Part shown: positions 42,049 to 54,789 of the stretch, one piece after another
Position numbering within the stretch: the stretch's first letter is position 1
Layout of the letters: every line of letters begins with the position of its first letter
From: Octopus sinensis
Lineage: Eukaryota
DNA: 64,000 bases
Direction of reading: 5' to 3'
Assembly (NCBI RefSeq): GCF_006345805.1
Contig: NW_021833035.1
Coordinates: forward strand, 1 to 64,000
Notes under the pieces: model-generated
What the model was told of the DNA's origin: nothing
The model's input: only the letters and a program-made list of their open reading frames with translations
The model's database searches: none
Program-made: the position numbers and the translations under genes

Positions 42049-43345
42049 CCCTTGGTCTACCCAATATTTTTCTTTTAGTTAAATTTTATTTAAATTACCT
42101 CTATTTCTTAGCTATATTATATATGCCATCAGGCGAATAAAGAATTACTGTTTCACAGAAATTTTAATTAAAAAAATACAGCTTACAGAATATATTATAA
42201 ATTTTTAAGAATTACAAAAATACAGAATTACAGCTCTTCATGGCAGTGAATGCAGACAACATTTGAATGTTCTTGACAAACATGGATATTACAATTCTTA
42301 CATGTAATACGAAACTTCCCGTCTTTTGTGGGGACCACACAAAGAACATCTTCCTTTTTTCTTTGGTTGAGAAATCTCAAATGAGGTTGAATATCATCTT
42401 CTTTTTCTGTTTGGTTGAGAAACAGAACTAGAAGATTGTTTGTCGTGTTCTTGTTGAGCATTAACTCCAGCAAGTTCCTTTCCTAACTGAATTAGGCACT
42501 GTCTTCTTCTATCCTCGAAACTTTGCAAGTGAAGCTGTTAACAATAATGTAAGCATTCACTGCCCTTATATCAATCATATTGTAGAATATAACCATAGGC
42601 CATCTTTGACTTTTTCTTTTGCAAGTGTATATCATTACCATCTTATCTAGGGTATTTGCTCCTCCTTTTGTTTTGTTGTAACGTGTAATAACTTCAAGTT
42701 TCTTCTCAGCACTTTTTGAATCAATTGAATGCTGGGAGTCATTGTACTCATAAGTGTGACAACATAATTTTTCTTGGGACAATAAGATAGAATCATAGAA
42801 TCCTTTTGAAATCCAAATACTGTGCTGTTGATTTCTCTTTCTTTGCCATTTGTGAAACCACTTGGAAGTTCAACCCTGTTCTTTCTAATTGTTCCAGCTA
42901 AAGTAGTTTTCTTGCTAAGCAGCTTTCAAGCCAATCCTAGACTTGTAAAAAAATTATCACAAGTTATATTGCGACCAGTATGTTCAAGTTCCTAGGTCTT
43001 CAACAACTCTTGAACCTTGATTTGTCTCTCTACTTTTTACTGGGTCTTTTCCAGTGTAGATTTGCATTTTCCAGGCATAAGACGTTTCACTGTCGCATAT
43101 TGCCCAAATTTTAATTCCATATTTCCCTGGTGTTGAAATAATATATACCCGGAATGGGCAGCGCCTTCTGAATGAAACTAATTGTTCATCAACTGTCATG
43201 CATGAACTTGGAGTATATCTATCTTGCAAATTCTGATTCCACATTTCAAATACTTCTCTTATGGGTTCCAATTTATCATCACTTCTCTTTTATCTTCTTT
43301 GCACTAGCATCCTCAAAACGCAATACTTGTAAAATCTGGTTTGTT
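42049..43345 (-). mobile_element. piggyBac (PGBD4-like transposase) remnant, one end intact
   Basis: TTAA|CCCTT end at 42045-42053; MTVDEQLVSFRRRCPF, PGKYGIKIW, YNKTKGGANTLD, C-terminal Cys-rich domain. Confidence 0.9.
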
Positions 43346-43349
43346 CTTA

Positions 43350-44295
43350 GTAAATAATGCAAAAATAGAAGACGCCGGTTGCATATTGATATTCCTTATC
43401 ATTATGTGTGTGATAAAGGGATGACTGTTTGGAAACTACACGAGAGATGAGAAGAGAAAATTACTTCAAGACTTTAGTTTCTAAGTCCAAAGAAAGAAGA
43501 AATATTTTATCTGAGATTGTTATTGTTACATGTTGAAGAAGCTCGTATTTTTTTTTGTTTTTTTTGGTGGTCTTAAAATAGTTAATTGTGTGCGATGATC
43601 TTGAAACAGTTGACGGTGTACGATGTAAGTTATGATGAGAAAGCTGTTAATTTTCATTTAGCACAAATTACAATAAACTTTATATAAGGCTGGGACCCTA
43701 ATTATTCGGAATATTTTTGATTGTTTTTAAATGAAAAACTGCCAAGCCTTTACATAAGAAATTTATCAATGGTCTTTTTCCGTTGTTTTGATAAAATTAT
43801 TTTTCACAACTTGTGTATAGTAATCCATACATGCATACAACAACACACACATACACGCACAGACACGCGCACATAGACACACATAGACACGCACGCACAC
43901 ACACACAACTATACATATGTATATGTATATATAAATGTATCATTTAGCGTTCTTATGCCATTTCAAGTTGTAAGACAATACCTTTTCATCCAGAGTACCT
44001 TCGTAAGGTGTATTGAATAGATAAACACTTCAGTTGAGCTATACAATACCAGGTAATAATGATAAATCGATACGAAGATCATATAATGATTATACTTCAT
44101 TAAGAGGATAAATGCAAACAAGTAACATCTCGTTCTTGACAGACATTTCTACCTAGAAAACAGACAGGATGCTGCAGAGGAATTGTTTTCAAATTATTTG
44201 TATGTAAACGATTTATTGTATAATTAATATATGTTTTTAATTACTTAAGGGCTTAGCCATCACCACTATGTGTATATATATATATATTATATATA

Positions 44296-44342
<47 letters not shown>

Positions 44343-44380
44343 CATACATACATACATACATACATACATACATACATACA

Positions 44381-44413
<33 letters not shown>

Positions 44414-45580
44414 GCCTTATTTATGCATGAATAAATATATCCTTGGATGTATTTCCTTTGAGAGTTTTAATGCAAATTTCATTTTCTCACATATATATGA
44501 ATATATTTTGTTTATTTTATTGCATAAGTTAATGTTTAAAGAATGTGTTGTTACATTGTTTCGCTGTGATTCTTTACAGTATGTAGTGTAAAATATAAAC
44601 ATTTTTCTGGCTGGTGATTATATATGGAATTTTTGCATGCATGGAATGGAACTATTTGAGATGTACGACTAAATTGAAAGTGTCTTGCGTACGATAAGGG
44701 CCGAGTTTATCTGGATCATATTTTGGACTGACAATAACGTCGATATGGCTTTTATGATTTTGTTTATTTTTTTTATCATACATTGTTCTTCAATTACTAT
44801 TGATATTGTTTTCAAATTCATACCTGCTTCCTATTTATTTTCATTTCAAGACTTGAACATTGAGTTTCCACATCTCTCACCGGAAATGTTTGGACAAAAA
44901 GAAATTGAGATATCAATAAGAGTACAAATATTGTTCTTTCACTTTTTAATAAATTATATTTGTACGTTTTTCTTTTATATCTTTGTCAGTCATTCTCCAG
45001 TTGTAAATAACTGGACTTAGCAAGGAATGGATCGCCGGAAAGGATGTGGTCAACTCTTTCATTATATTTTTCGTTGTACAGTCTATGTTCCGCATACAGA
45101 AGTCAGTCCTAAAAAGTTCTCCAATGTTTTATTTTAAATCGGTGAGTGATTTTTGCACCAAAATTATATTCTATGATCTGGTTAAGTACATATTAGGCTA
45201 TATTTCTCCGCGAGTAGTTGGTAAGACTAAAACATGTCTGGAATTAACCCTATCCCAAATTTCAAAAATTAAAAATTCTTTTTGGTTCACTACATTCACT
45301 CTTTATCTCGCTCTTAATGTACGTAATACTTTCACTAAAGTTTCTGAAGTGTCTAGAATTTTCTATTCCAAGAAATATTCATGCTTCTTATCTCGTTTGA
45401 AACTGATAACATTTCTTTTTCTTTCCTCATCTTCTCCCTTTTCTATTTTTGTTACTATCTTTCATCTCACCCTCACTCCTCCACTCTCTCTTCTTAATTT
45501 TCTCTATCTTTCTATCCCTCTCTCTATCACTCCCTCTCTCTCACTCTCTCTCTCTCATTATTTCAATGAATAACTTTATG
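43350..45580. repeat. Segmental duplicate; paralog 57215-63300 is interrupted by later insertions
   Basis: Collinear blocks 43360/57220, 43950/59070, 44415/62210, 45045/62700 and 45270/63040. Confidence 0.88.
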
Positions 45581-45599
45581 ATTGTCCAAGCAAAAAGTT

Positions 45600-46430
45600 T
45601 TTAAATTTAGTCTCATGGCATTTTCTGGCCAACCATAAATAGCATAGAATATTTAATAGAAGAACGCTTAACGTCATGTATTCTTATTGCAAGCACTTCG
45701 GCTCTCTAACAAGCCAGCATAGCACGAAAATACTAAGCAAAACTAACGGCACCACTGAAGGAAACAGCCGAAAATGTAACTTCAAAGACCAAAGCTGCTG
45801 TCCTTTAGGGGGAGATTGTCTACTTAAAGGCGTAGTAAACAGAGCCAAATCCCAGATGGACAGCACGGATGAATACAAGATGTACACAGGCTAGGCAGAG
45901 AATTCCTTTAAAACGAGACCTTAGCAACTTATGAATTGATTTAAACATCTAGGAAACAGATCTACGACGAGCCTAGCTAAACATATATAGCATTTAAAAG
46001 GAACAAAGTTTTTATCGTTTGAAATCCATTGGGCTGTCTTGGAAATGATGATGCCCATAACAACAGCAGCAACATTACCAACGTGACGACGGAATTCCAT
46101 ACGTAATATCATGGAGAATCCTAGAACACCCAGGCCCCCTCCATAAACGGGACCAAGCATTGTAAACTGTGCATAGCTGAACCGGTGAGAATACTAAAGG
46201 TCTTCCTCGACCCGGGGAACATTCTTTACTCCAGAACAGCGGTCTTCGGAACATGTTAACACTTCAGGATATTCCTGCAGGCCTATTGCGATCCACATGA
46301 CAACAGAGTCATTTACGATTGAGAGCCAAAGGGAGATAACCCCTATTGCTAGAGAGGCTGTGATCCAATAGGTTTGGGTTTCACGTCCATAAAGCGCTTA
46401 GCTTTATGGACGTGAAACCCAAGGTAATCC
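45600..46430 (+). mobile_element. Penelope-like element 3' part (Cys motif + GIY-YIG), degraded
   Basis: CN.KDQSCCPLGGDCLLKGVVNRA...MYTG.AENSFKTR; C..C motif near 46165. Confidence 0.8.
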
Positions 46431-46972
46431 CATAGACCGGCCTTATCTAACTTTAAATAATATGCTGCTCTATAACTTAGAGGGTTTTATTTCTGATTTA
46501 TGTGTTACCTACGATATACATACATGTATATATATTTATATATATATATATAAATACATATATTTATATACATATATATACACACACATATATATATCTA
46601 CACATATGATATTTTTATATAAGCTTAAAGCTTATGGTGATCACTGTATGTCTAATAGTCTAATAAAGCGACAGACAAAAGGCTTTCTTATTCGCACGGA
46701 ATTCGAATCCACATCCCTTTGTAAATACGACCAAATGTGTTACCTTTACACTTGCTAATCAGCCTCCCTCTTTCTGTCAAGTTTAAGTTCGTATTTGTTT
46801 TAAGTAATCAAACTTTCTATATGATTTCGGGGCGAATGTTTTTTTTTTATTACGGCGCCATGATAAAACAAAACATTCGCTCCGAAAGCATATATATATA
46901 TGCATGTGTGTGTGCGTGTGTGTATGTGTGTGTGTGTTTGTGTGTGTGTATGTATGTATGTATGTATGTATG

Positions 46973-47015
<43 letters not shown>

Positions 47016-47583
47016 TAGATTCTGTTACGAACGTCGTAGACACGCAACGTAGTTCTCCAGGCTTGCAGGTATTTGTTTGTGTAACCGTTTCCCTGCATTA
47101 TACGATCTAGTTGTGCTTCAAGGGCATCCTATTCGTTCGTCGTCGCCTGCGAGCTTGAAGCAGCCACTGAGTGTATCAAGAGATGTATCTCTTGATACAG
47201 TCAGATGTATCTGTTGATACTCTAAGAATAGCACAGATTATATCGGCAGACAAAATGTCGTCAGCATTGGCGGATGGAAACGTTGTATCACGGGATTTCA
47301 TCGTAAATTACGAATCATAAGCAAGAAGTATCCAAGCAGCGAATGTTTGATAGAAAGTCTGTCAAACCGATACAGTTTAACACTGAGTAAAAATCTTATC
47401 CACTTTTGCTGACGAAACTCCCCCACCCGAAATACGCTGTATTTTTTGGCACCTAACGCTTATACGGCATATTTTCTCAGGACAAAGGCCACAGTCTACG
47501 GCGTCTACGGCGTTCTGAACAACACCTCCTAGAGCAAATTAATACATACATACATACATACATACATACATACATACATACAT

Positions 47584-47622
<39 letters not shown>

Positions 47623-49145
47623 GTCAGACAGACAGACAGACGTGTGTATAGGTTAAGATTTATAATTAAACGTACTAGTTTCTAATTTCGTGCAAATATG
47701 TAACCCAAATTTTTTTTTGTTTTTTTCAAAATCGATGTTGTTTTAAAATTGATTTAATTTAGAATATAATTATGTTAACTGGACAGTTGATTATTTTCAG
47801 AAGTAAAGAAGTAATCATTTTGATCATAAATTTAATGAAATTGAACACTAGATCCATATTCTCGAAACAAACATTCTGAATATAATTATTTTCAGTTGCA
47901 TTTATTTAAAATAGCTGTACATAGTTTGTTTTTGTTTTTAATTTTAAGAAATGATATATAAACAACAAAGCTAATCCATTAATGTATGTCGTATTGTTGC
48001 TATGTGTAGGTGCTTTCCATGGGTGGCTGTGTTGAGTATAGTATGATGTGGGCGAATTAGTTCTCAACTGTTTAATACCCAATATTGCAGAGAAAAACTT
48101 ACAAATTGCATGGGTATATATTAAATTTATACAAGAGAATATAGAATGGATATATATATATAACAATTGCCAATCCAAAACTTGAAATTTAAAATATATT
48201 AGCATAACAGCTGCCATATGCGTATCTTCCATTACTATTATACTTAGTCACTAATCTACTTCAACCATTAGCTGTTTTTCTACTTCCTACACTTAATACT
48301 ACAGCGATCTCTAACTGGATTTCTGCACATATCCACTACTCCACTAACCAGGCCCACTTAAGACATCAAACTCTCCTACTCTCATCGCACTTATTTCACA
48401 TGATCTCTTTGATCGTGCATTAAACTGTCTGTCTACTCACTCCTCCAAAAGCAACGGTCTTATAACTCTCTCACCAGTCATTTTATTTCTTATTGAAACC
48501 AACCTAAACACGTTTAAACTAAAAATCCACTGTAACAGTATAGATTTTTTTTAATTGGTAACACTAGGCAACAAAATGTTTGCTACTATTAGACGAAACG
48601 GTGCTCATAGGTAATTTGGGAGCGCTGATTCCGAATCTGCAATCATTTTTGTTCTAGCACGTCACGTTTTTGCGCTATCATTATTATGCTGCTATCAAAA
48701 TTATAATGTGAAAATTCATGACAAATCAAATGTATGTTATGTTAAGCGTAAATTACTGTTATTTGATATAATAACAATAGCAACTAGGTGAACAAGTGGC
48801 TCTAAAACCAATGAAACACAAGACAAAAGTGTAAGTGAATATTATTAATTTTATGTTTTTCAAAAATAGCATTGGCGTCTTATTTTACGCTTCTGCTGTA
48901 TATCCGTTTCTCGTTTAAAAACCAGCAGTAGTCCGTCAGCATGTTTGCTGTAAGCCTGCCACTGTAGCGCCTTTCTAGCTCTTTGATTTCGTGATGAAAT
49001 CGTTCACCCTGCTCATCGCTTACAATACTCATACTGAGTGGAAAAAAAGTCAAGATGTCAGTGGACGAAATGAATTTTTAGAAAAATCATTCACAATTGC
49101 AACGTAGTTAGATGGAGTGGCGGTGTGGTAAGTAGCCTGCTTACC

Positions 49146-51106
49146 TCATGGCGCATGTGCGAATCAGAGTTGCGTTTGATACTAAAGCTGTAAGACGTGT
49201 TTTTGAAGCCGTCTTAAATGGAAGATTTTTGAAACTCAGCTGTAAGGTAAGATTTTTGATGTCTAGTGGGGACCTGTTGTTTGCCGCAATTGTTTTTACA
49301 AACAAGAAGTCCTCACTGGATTCTAGTCTACCTGGGGCTGAGTGAATTTTTTTTTTTTCACTTAATTGTGAAAATTATTGTTTTGGTGGGTGTTTGAAAA
49401 TAGTATTTGTCCAGGAATAACTCCGTGGGAATTTTTAGAAAAAATTCAACAATATTGTTCCTGTCAAGAAAACTGGAATGATTTTTTTAACTGTTTAACA
49501 TTTGCGTTAAAATTTTGGCCTGCAGTGCCGAGTGGCCTTTGCTGTATTTTGAACTGTTGCTCTCTCTTCATCTATCTTTTATTTTAAAAAAACTCTTTAT
49601 TGAACTGTTATGTTTTCTCCTTCCTTTTTGTTTGAACTTTTTTCTCTTCCTTCCTTTTCCTTAATTATTTTGTATTTTAAAACTGTATTTTTGGACTTTT
49701 TTAAAAAATCAACATGGCAAATAACAATGGAAAGTTGGTGGAGTGGGAAATTACATCACCCAAAAGATGGTTAAAATAATTTGAAAGCAAGACGGTGGTT
49801 TTGAGGACCTACTCTAGGACCCTCGACGCCATTGCCGTTTTCATAAAAGATATAATCGAAAGAGAGCTGGCAGAATTTAAGTTTATATCTCGGGGGGTCA
49901 AATACGCAACCGTGTGGTTGGTGTTTGACTCCCCAGAAGTGGCTTGTGAATTTGCGAGCCAGCTCTGGAGGGCAATGAAATTTTGTTTCTTCCTACTTAT
50001 TGTGGGAAGAAGTTGACGAGAGCTTGGGTATGCGGCTTGCCACCCGGAGTTGAGCACGAATTGTCATCTGTACCTGGAGCCTGGCCATATAAATAAGAAC
50101 TCTCCTCAAGGGCAAAGCAAAGTCCTGGAGCGGTTGACGGAGACCTCTGCAGAGGAGGGAATGAAGGCGGTCGAGGAGACGAAAGACTCCTCAAAGAAGA
50201 GCCGCAAAAGGAAGAAGGTGAGCAATAATGGGTGCCCACCGAAGGATCCTGAGGATGAGGGAGGAGAGGCGAATCTCCCGGTCACGGAAGAGAAGCACCC
50301 TCCCCCAGTCGAGAAGAAAAAAGAGGAAGAGGAGGAGAAACGGGACATTGCTGGCAGTCGGAGACATGGCGCCGGAGTGTCCCCGAGCCTCATCGGTTGT
50401 GTCACCGGCGGGGCGGAAATTGTGCCGCCAACGGTAGAATTGACCCCACTCGGACCCGGAGGACGAAGAACAGTTGGTCTTCTTTTATAGAGGTGGAGAA
50501 GTGGTAAAGGTGGTGGAAGAACACTACGAGGGAGTACCTTTGGCCTTCACACGGGATCCCGAATGGCCTCCGCAGATAGCTGTGGAAGTGATAACGTTGC
50601 GCGTGTTACATAGGCTGGAGGAACTAAAAGAGAAATATCGCTCGTGGCCGGGTGACGCCAATTCGGAGCCCACCTTGATTTTAAAGCAAGCATGGGTGAT
50701 GGTGGAGTACATGGACACAAGCGATGATGAGGTGGAAAATTGACAAGAGGTTGAAAAGCCTCAGTGTTATAAAGTGCAAGAGGCTCAGCGCCTCATTTGT
50801 AAATGGACTAGTGTTGATTGTATATTGAATATTTTATTGTATGTTATTGCATGTTATTATTTTTAATGGACTATTAAGTCCAATAATTGTAAAAACTGTC
50901 GTGAGAGGTTCAATACTGCATTTTGTTTTGTTTTTTTTCTGTTGGAAAAAAAGAAGAATGATGTTTTAGAGAAGCAGAAAATCGGCGGGCGTTTTTTATC
51001 TTCTCCCATCAATATCATCCTTGTTTCATCATTCACCTTATCAATGTATGTGTCCAGCCCGCAAGCCTCTCTTTGTAATGCCTTTATGGCAAACCTTAAT
51101 GAAATA
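49146..51106 (+). mobile_element. ORF1-only (HAL1-like) non-autonomous L1/Tx1-type retroelement
   Basis: 16-bp TSD aagtagc(c/t)tgcttacc at 49130-49145 / 51107-51122; 5' UTR, ORF1, 3' UTR ending AATAAA; no EN/RT. Confidence 0.7.
49714..50743 (+). pseudogene. L1/Tx1-type ORF1 (RRM-like region, degenerate CCHC knuckle, K/E-rich linker)
   Basis: ATG 49714; one stop and frameshifts; PTYCGKKLTRAWVCGLP; CHLYLEPGHINKNSP = Cx2(C>Y)x4Hx4(C>S). Confidence 0.65.
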
Positions 51107-51355
51107 AAGTAGCTTGCTTACCAACCCATGAGTCTTTGAGACTTCCCATAAGTCTTTGTTGTCAGTGTACGCATGCCTCATTTTGATGTGCACTGAAAAA
51201 GACAGTCGGCAGTATTTAACCTGCCAAAAAGAAGCTGCTGCAAGGTAAGACTTTTGTCTCTTGAGTCCAGTGGGGGTTGTCTGTGGTTATATTTTTTAAA
51301 AACAAGGAGTCCTCAGTGGATTCAGGATGTTGGTCTGCTTGCGGTTCAGCAATAT

Positions 51356-51640
51356 TGTTCACATTAAGTGAAAATTTTTTTCCCGTGAAAAGTACAGTTT
51401 GGGGGCGTATCATTCAACCAAAAGTTGTTCACTTTTTTAATAGTGTATGTTTTTACAACAACATTTACCATTAATTCGAAAGCTGTATTTCAAGTGTTCA
51501 CCTTAAGTGAAAATTTTTTTCTCATTGTGAGAAGTATAGTTTGGTGGCGTATCCTGCCACCAAAAGTTGTTCGCTATTTGTGAATAGTGTGCATTTTTAC
51601 AACTACGTTTACCAATAATTGGAAAGCTGTATTTCAAGTG
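51356..51640 (+). repeat. Two tandem monomers of about 140 bp
   Basis: tgttcac.ttaagtgaaaatttttt...gctgtatttcaagtg starts at 51356 and 51495. Confidence 0.85.
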
Positions 51641-53449
51641 GAGCAGTCCAGGTTCTAATTGGAGTACCATAGGGCTTGGAGTACCTGAACGCCCAATAGA
51701 TTTTTTGTTGTGTTTTGTTGAACTATTGTTTTCTATGAGCAACTGATATTAAAGCCGAAGGGCAATCTGGATAAATAATCTTGGGTTTGTTCTTCTTTGA
51801 GAAACCTGTGATGTTAGTTAAGAAGAAATAACAATCGGTATAGTGGTTTGTTGGTTCGCGCCATATCATTGGTAATGCAAATGGCATACTTTTCCATTTA
51901 CCATTCAGCCATTGGGTTAGTGCTATAGAGCAGATTTTGCAACAAACATGAGGCGCCCACAGTTTACCTTGATACCCAACTTTGCACCCAAAGCAAAACT
52001 TGTAAGCATTTAAAAATTTCTTTGTAAGGAAATTTCTCTGATCTTTTGGTGCAAATTTTCCACACACTTAACAAAAGCTGTTCGGGTGATTAACACAAAC
52101 GTTTCTGCTCATCATAAGTACATACAGTAATAACCTAAATCAACACTCAAAGAAGCCTATCAGTTAACTAAAATATAAAACTAATCAACGGTAAATGTTA
52201 CAGTAAATCATCAAAATATATTTCTTAAAAAAAAAAAAAAATCATTTAAATTATTATAGAATGTACTGAAAGTATGGCTATCATGAAACAGTTTTTTCCA
52301 TCTCTAAATTTCAAACATTGATCACTTTAATAAATAACAAAACTACTTTTCATATAACCTGGCTCCCTTATTTCATGTCCTTTGTTTTAACAGCAGTTAT
52401 CAAGAAAAGTGAGTGTGTGTGGTTTACTATAATAGCCTACCGTGAGGACAACTTTACTATGATTACAGCGATAACGAAGTAAAATGAATTCTCATCTTTT
52501 GTAGCAATTTAACAGGTAGCCTACATTTTCTTCTGATAGCACTTAATTTTGTTTCATTGATGAGTTTATGAATGAAAATCGAAAGCAAATAGCCTACTAC
52601 TTTGTCAATATTATCAATTGGTTGGAAAATCTGATGCTTTGAATAAGTAAAAATTCTACACGTGCTGTCTGAAAACTGATGTCACATTGGGATTCAGCAC
52701 CTTCAAGTTACTCTAAATCAGCTCAAAATGTTTAAATAGTATGACAATTTTTCTTTCTTTTTAGCCCAGTGTAATTAAACTCAAGTAAACACTGGACAGA
52801 AAATGAACACGTATCCTTTTCCTTTTTTTTTTTCAATTATTTTTTTAATAATTATTATTTTAAAAAATTAACAAAGACTTCGCAAAGATATATTTACTCA
52901 AGCATCTATATGACATTTAGTGAAGCATCTATACAAGGTATCAAATTTGGGGGAAGGGTTTAAGCCGATTACATCGACCCGAGCGCGTAAGTGATACTTA
53001 TTTAATCAATCCCGAGAGGATGAAATGCAAAGTCGACCGCGGCAGAATTTGAACTCAGAATATGAAGACAAATGAAATACCGCAAAGCATTTTACCCGGC
53101 GTGCTAACGATTCTGCTAGCACGCCACCCTTAGTTAAACATATACATATGAACGCAATGGAAACGTTTTCGGAAAACTTTTAATTACCTTCAGTTATCTC
53201 CCTTAGTGAATCTAACTTCCTCTGCAAGGGAAATAACTCCGGCTTCAATGTAAAGGGAGGTAATTCAGATTTTAACTACGTAACATTGATTTTAAATTTA
53301 CACAGTTAAACTAACAAGGAAGTTTTTGTACAACTCGTGAAACAAAAAGAAAAAAGGCATAAGTTACTTTTGTTCAATTCACAGGTTATTAACAATTTTC
53401 TGACTGATGCGCATGTTTTTTTTTTACGGATTCATACATACAGTCATAC

Positions 53450-54737
53450 CATACGAGGCTAAACATCGATCCAAAATGCCTTTGAATGTCGCATCATTTC
53501 CCTTCGGCAACATTTTCTAGCTATCAAGTGTCGAAGTGCATCCCTTGACCAAGCTTGCATACGAGAGGCTGATAGCCTCATAAGACTTGGAAGGCAGCTC
53601 CTCGAGCAACGCTCTTTGTCTGATAACCTAGAATACATGCCCAAAGAAGTCGCACGACTCTACCGCAGCATATCATCAGATGAAAGGAAGAACCTATATG
53701 AACAGAAGACTTTGCATGGATATGTCAGTAGAAAGCTCCGTGATGATAGTAACCTCGATCACCAAAGAAGTTTATCATGGATTTGTTGCCGGATTACTAC
53801 CTCCCACTTTCAAGGGTATGCGTTTGCAAACCAGGAACAGGAAATATCAACCAAGTACCTGATACATAAAGAGATAGAGATGCAAGAAAAACTGTAAGTT
53901 GTGACAAGCGATGCAGACTTTGTGGAGTTCATACTGAAGATGCCACGCATATCATAAGCAATTGTCCGAAAATGTCATCACGATATTATCTATCGATGAG
54001 ACATGGTGTTGTAGCTAGAATACTCTACAATGAAATCCGTCGGAAGGATAATCCCGAGGACAAAGAAATAAGAACCGCAAGCCATGGTAGAAGCCATAGC
54101 CACTAACAATAAAAATGTAAAGGAATACTGGTGAAATGTATCAGGGAAGACCTCAATAAAATGTAAGCACACCAGACCTGATATAAAGGCTTGGGATAGA
54201 GAAGAGAGACTGCACAAGTGAGGAAGTTAGCTGCCCAGCAGATGTTAACATAAAGCTAAAGATAGTGAAAAAGAGAATACCTACGTTGAACTATTGAGAA
54301 ATCTGCGTTGAACTATTGAGAACTATTGACAATCCAGATTACAAGTTCAAGTTTATATCTGTAATTACTGGGAAACCGGTATATGTATTACACTGCCTAA
54401 ATACCATTCTTGAGATATTTAGGCTTCTCAAAACCAGAAAAGAGAAAGCTAGTTCGAAGGCTACAGATCCAATCCATCACTGGAACTGTAAAAATTTGTA
54501 AAACTTTCCAGAAGTTTATCATTTAAATATATATGAGCATATCCAGACGTGCAACTATATGCATGAGATTACATACATAAAACATACAAATCTGCACATC
54601 CATACATGCATACATACATACATACATACATACATACATACATACATACATACATACATACATACATACATACAAAAATACCCTGTTGATGATGTTGAAA
54701 TTTCAATGAAGGAGTCTTGGATCGAGGTTAGAAAGAG
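53450..54737 (+). mobile_element. Second-family R4/Dong 3' portion, degraded
   Basis: LSWICCRITTSHFQGYAFANQEQEI; RLE-region match to 24200-24500; (TACA)n in the 3' UTR. Confidence 0.8.
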
Positions 54738-54789
54738 TGAAGTGCGTGCGAATGGGACCGCCCCCCTCCCCCCATTACCACCCTAATCA

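Larger units (their letters stand above)
48562..52771 (-). mobile_element. Chapaev3-type (CMC superfamily) DNA transposon, core deleted, carrying nested insertions
   Basis: Ends CACTAGGC...GCCCAGTG, imperfect TIRs, TAA/TAA TSD. N-terminus WAPHVCC...MPFALPMIWREPTNHYTDCYF (51723-52067); C-terminus SDEQGERFH...MLTDYCW (about 48900-49070). Confidence 0.88.

Noticed and set aside
44985-45040. Minus-strand HSLLSPVIYNWR, resembling GPCR TM7 NPxxY
   Set aside because: Not conserved in the paralog at 62.6 kb, and no upstream transmembrane helices.
45046-45573. 175-aa plus-strand ORF
   Set aside because: The paralog has stops and a frameshift, the 3' part is CT-microsatellite, and no domain was recognised.
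54748-54758. GCGAATGGGAC, identical to the 3' end of the HDV ribozyme, upstream of an RTE
   Set aside because: No upstream GTCCC partner for P2 and no P1/P3 could be built by hand. A descriptor search of 54700-55060 would be needed.
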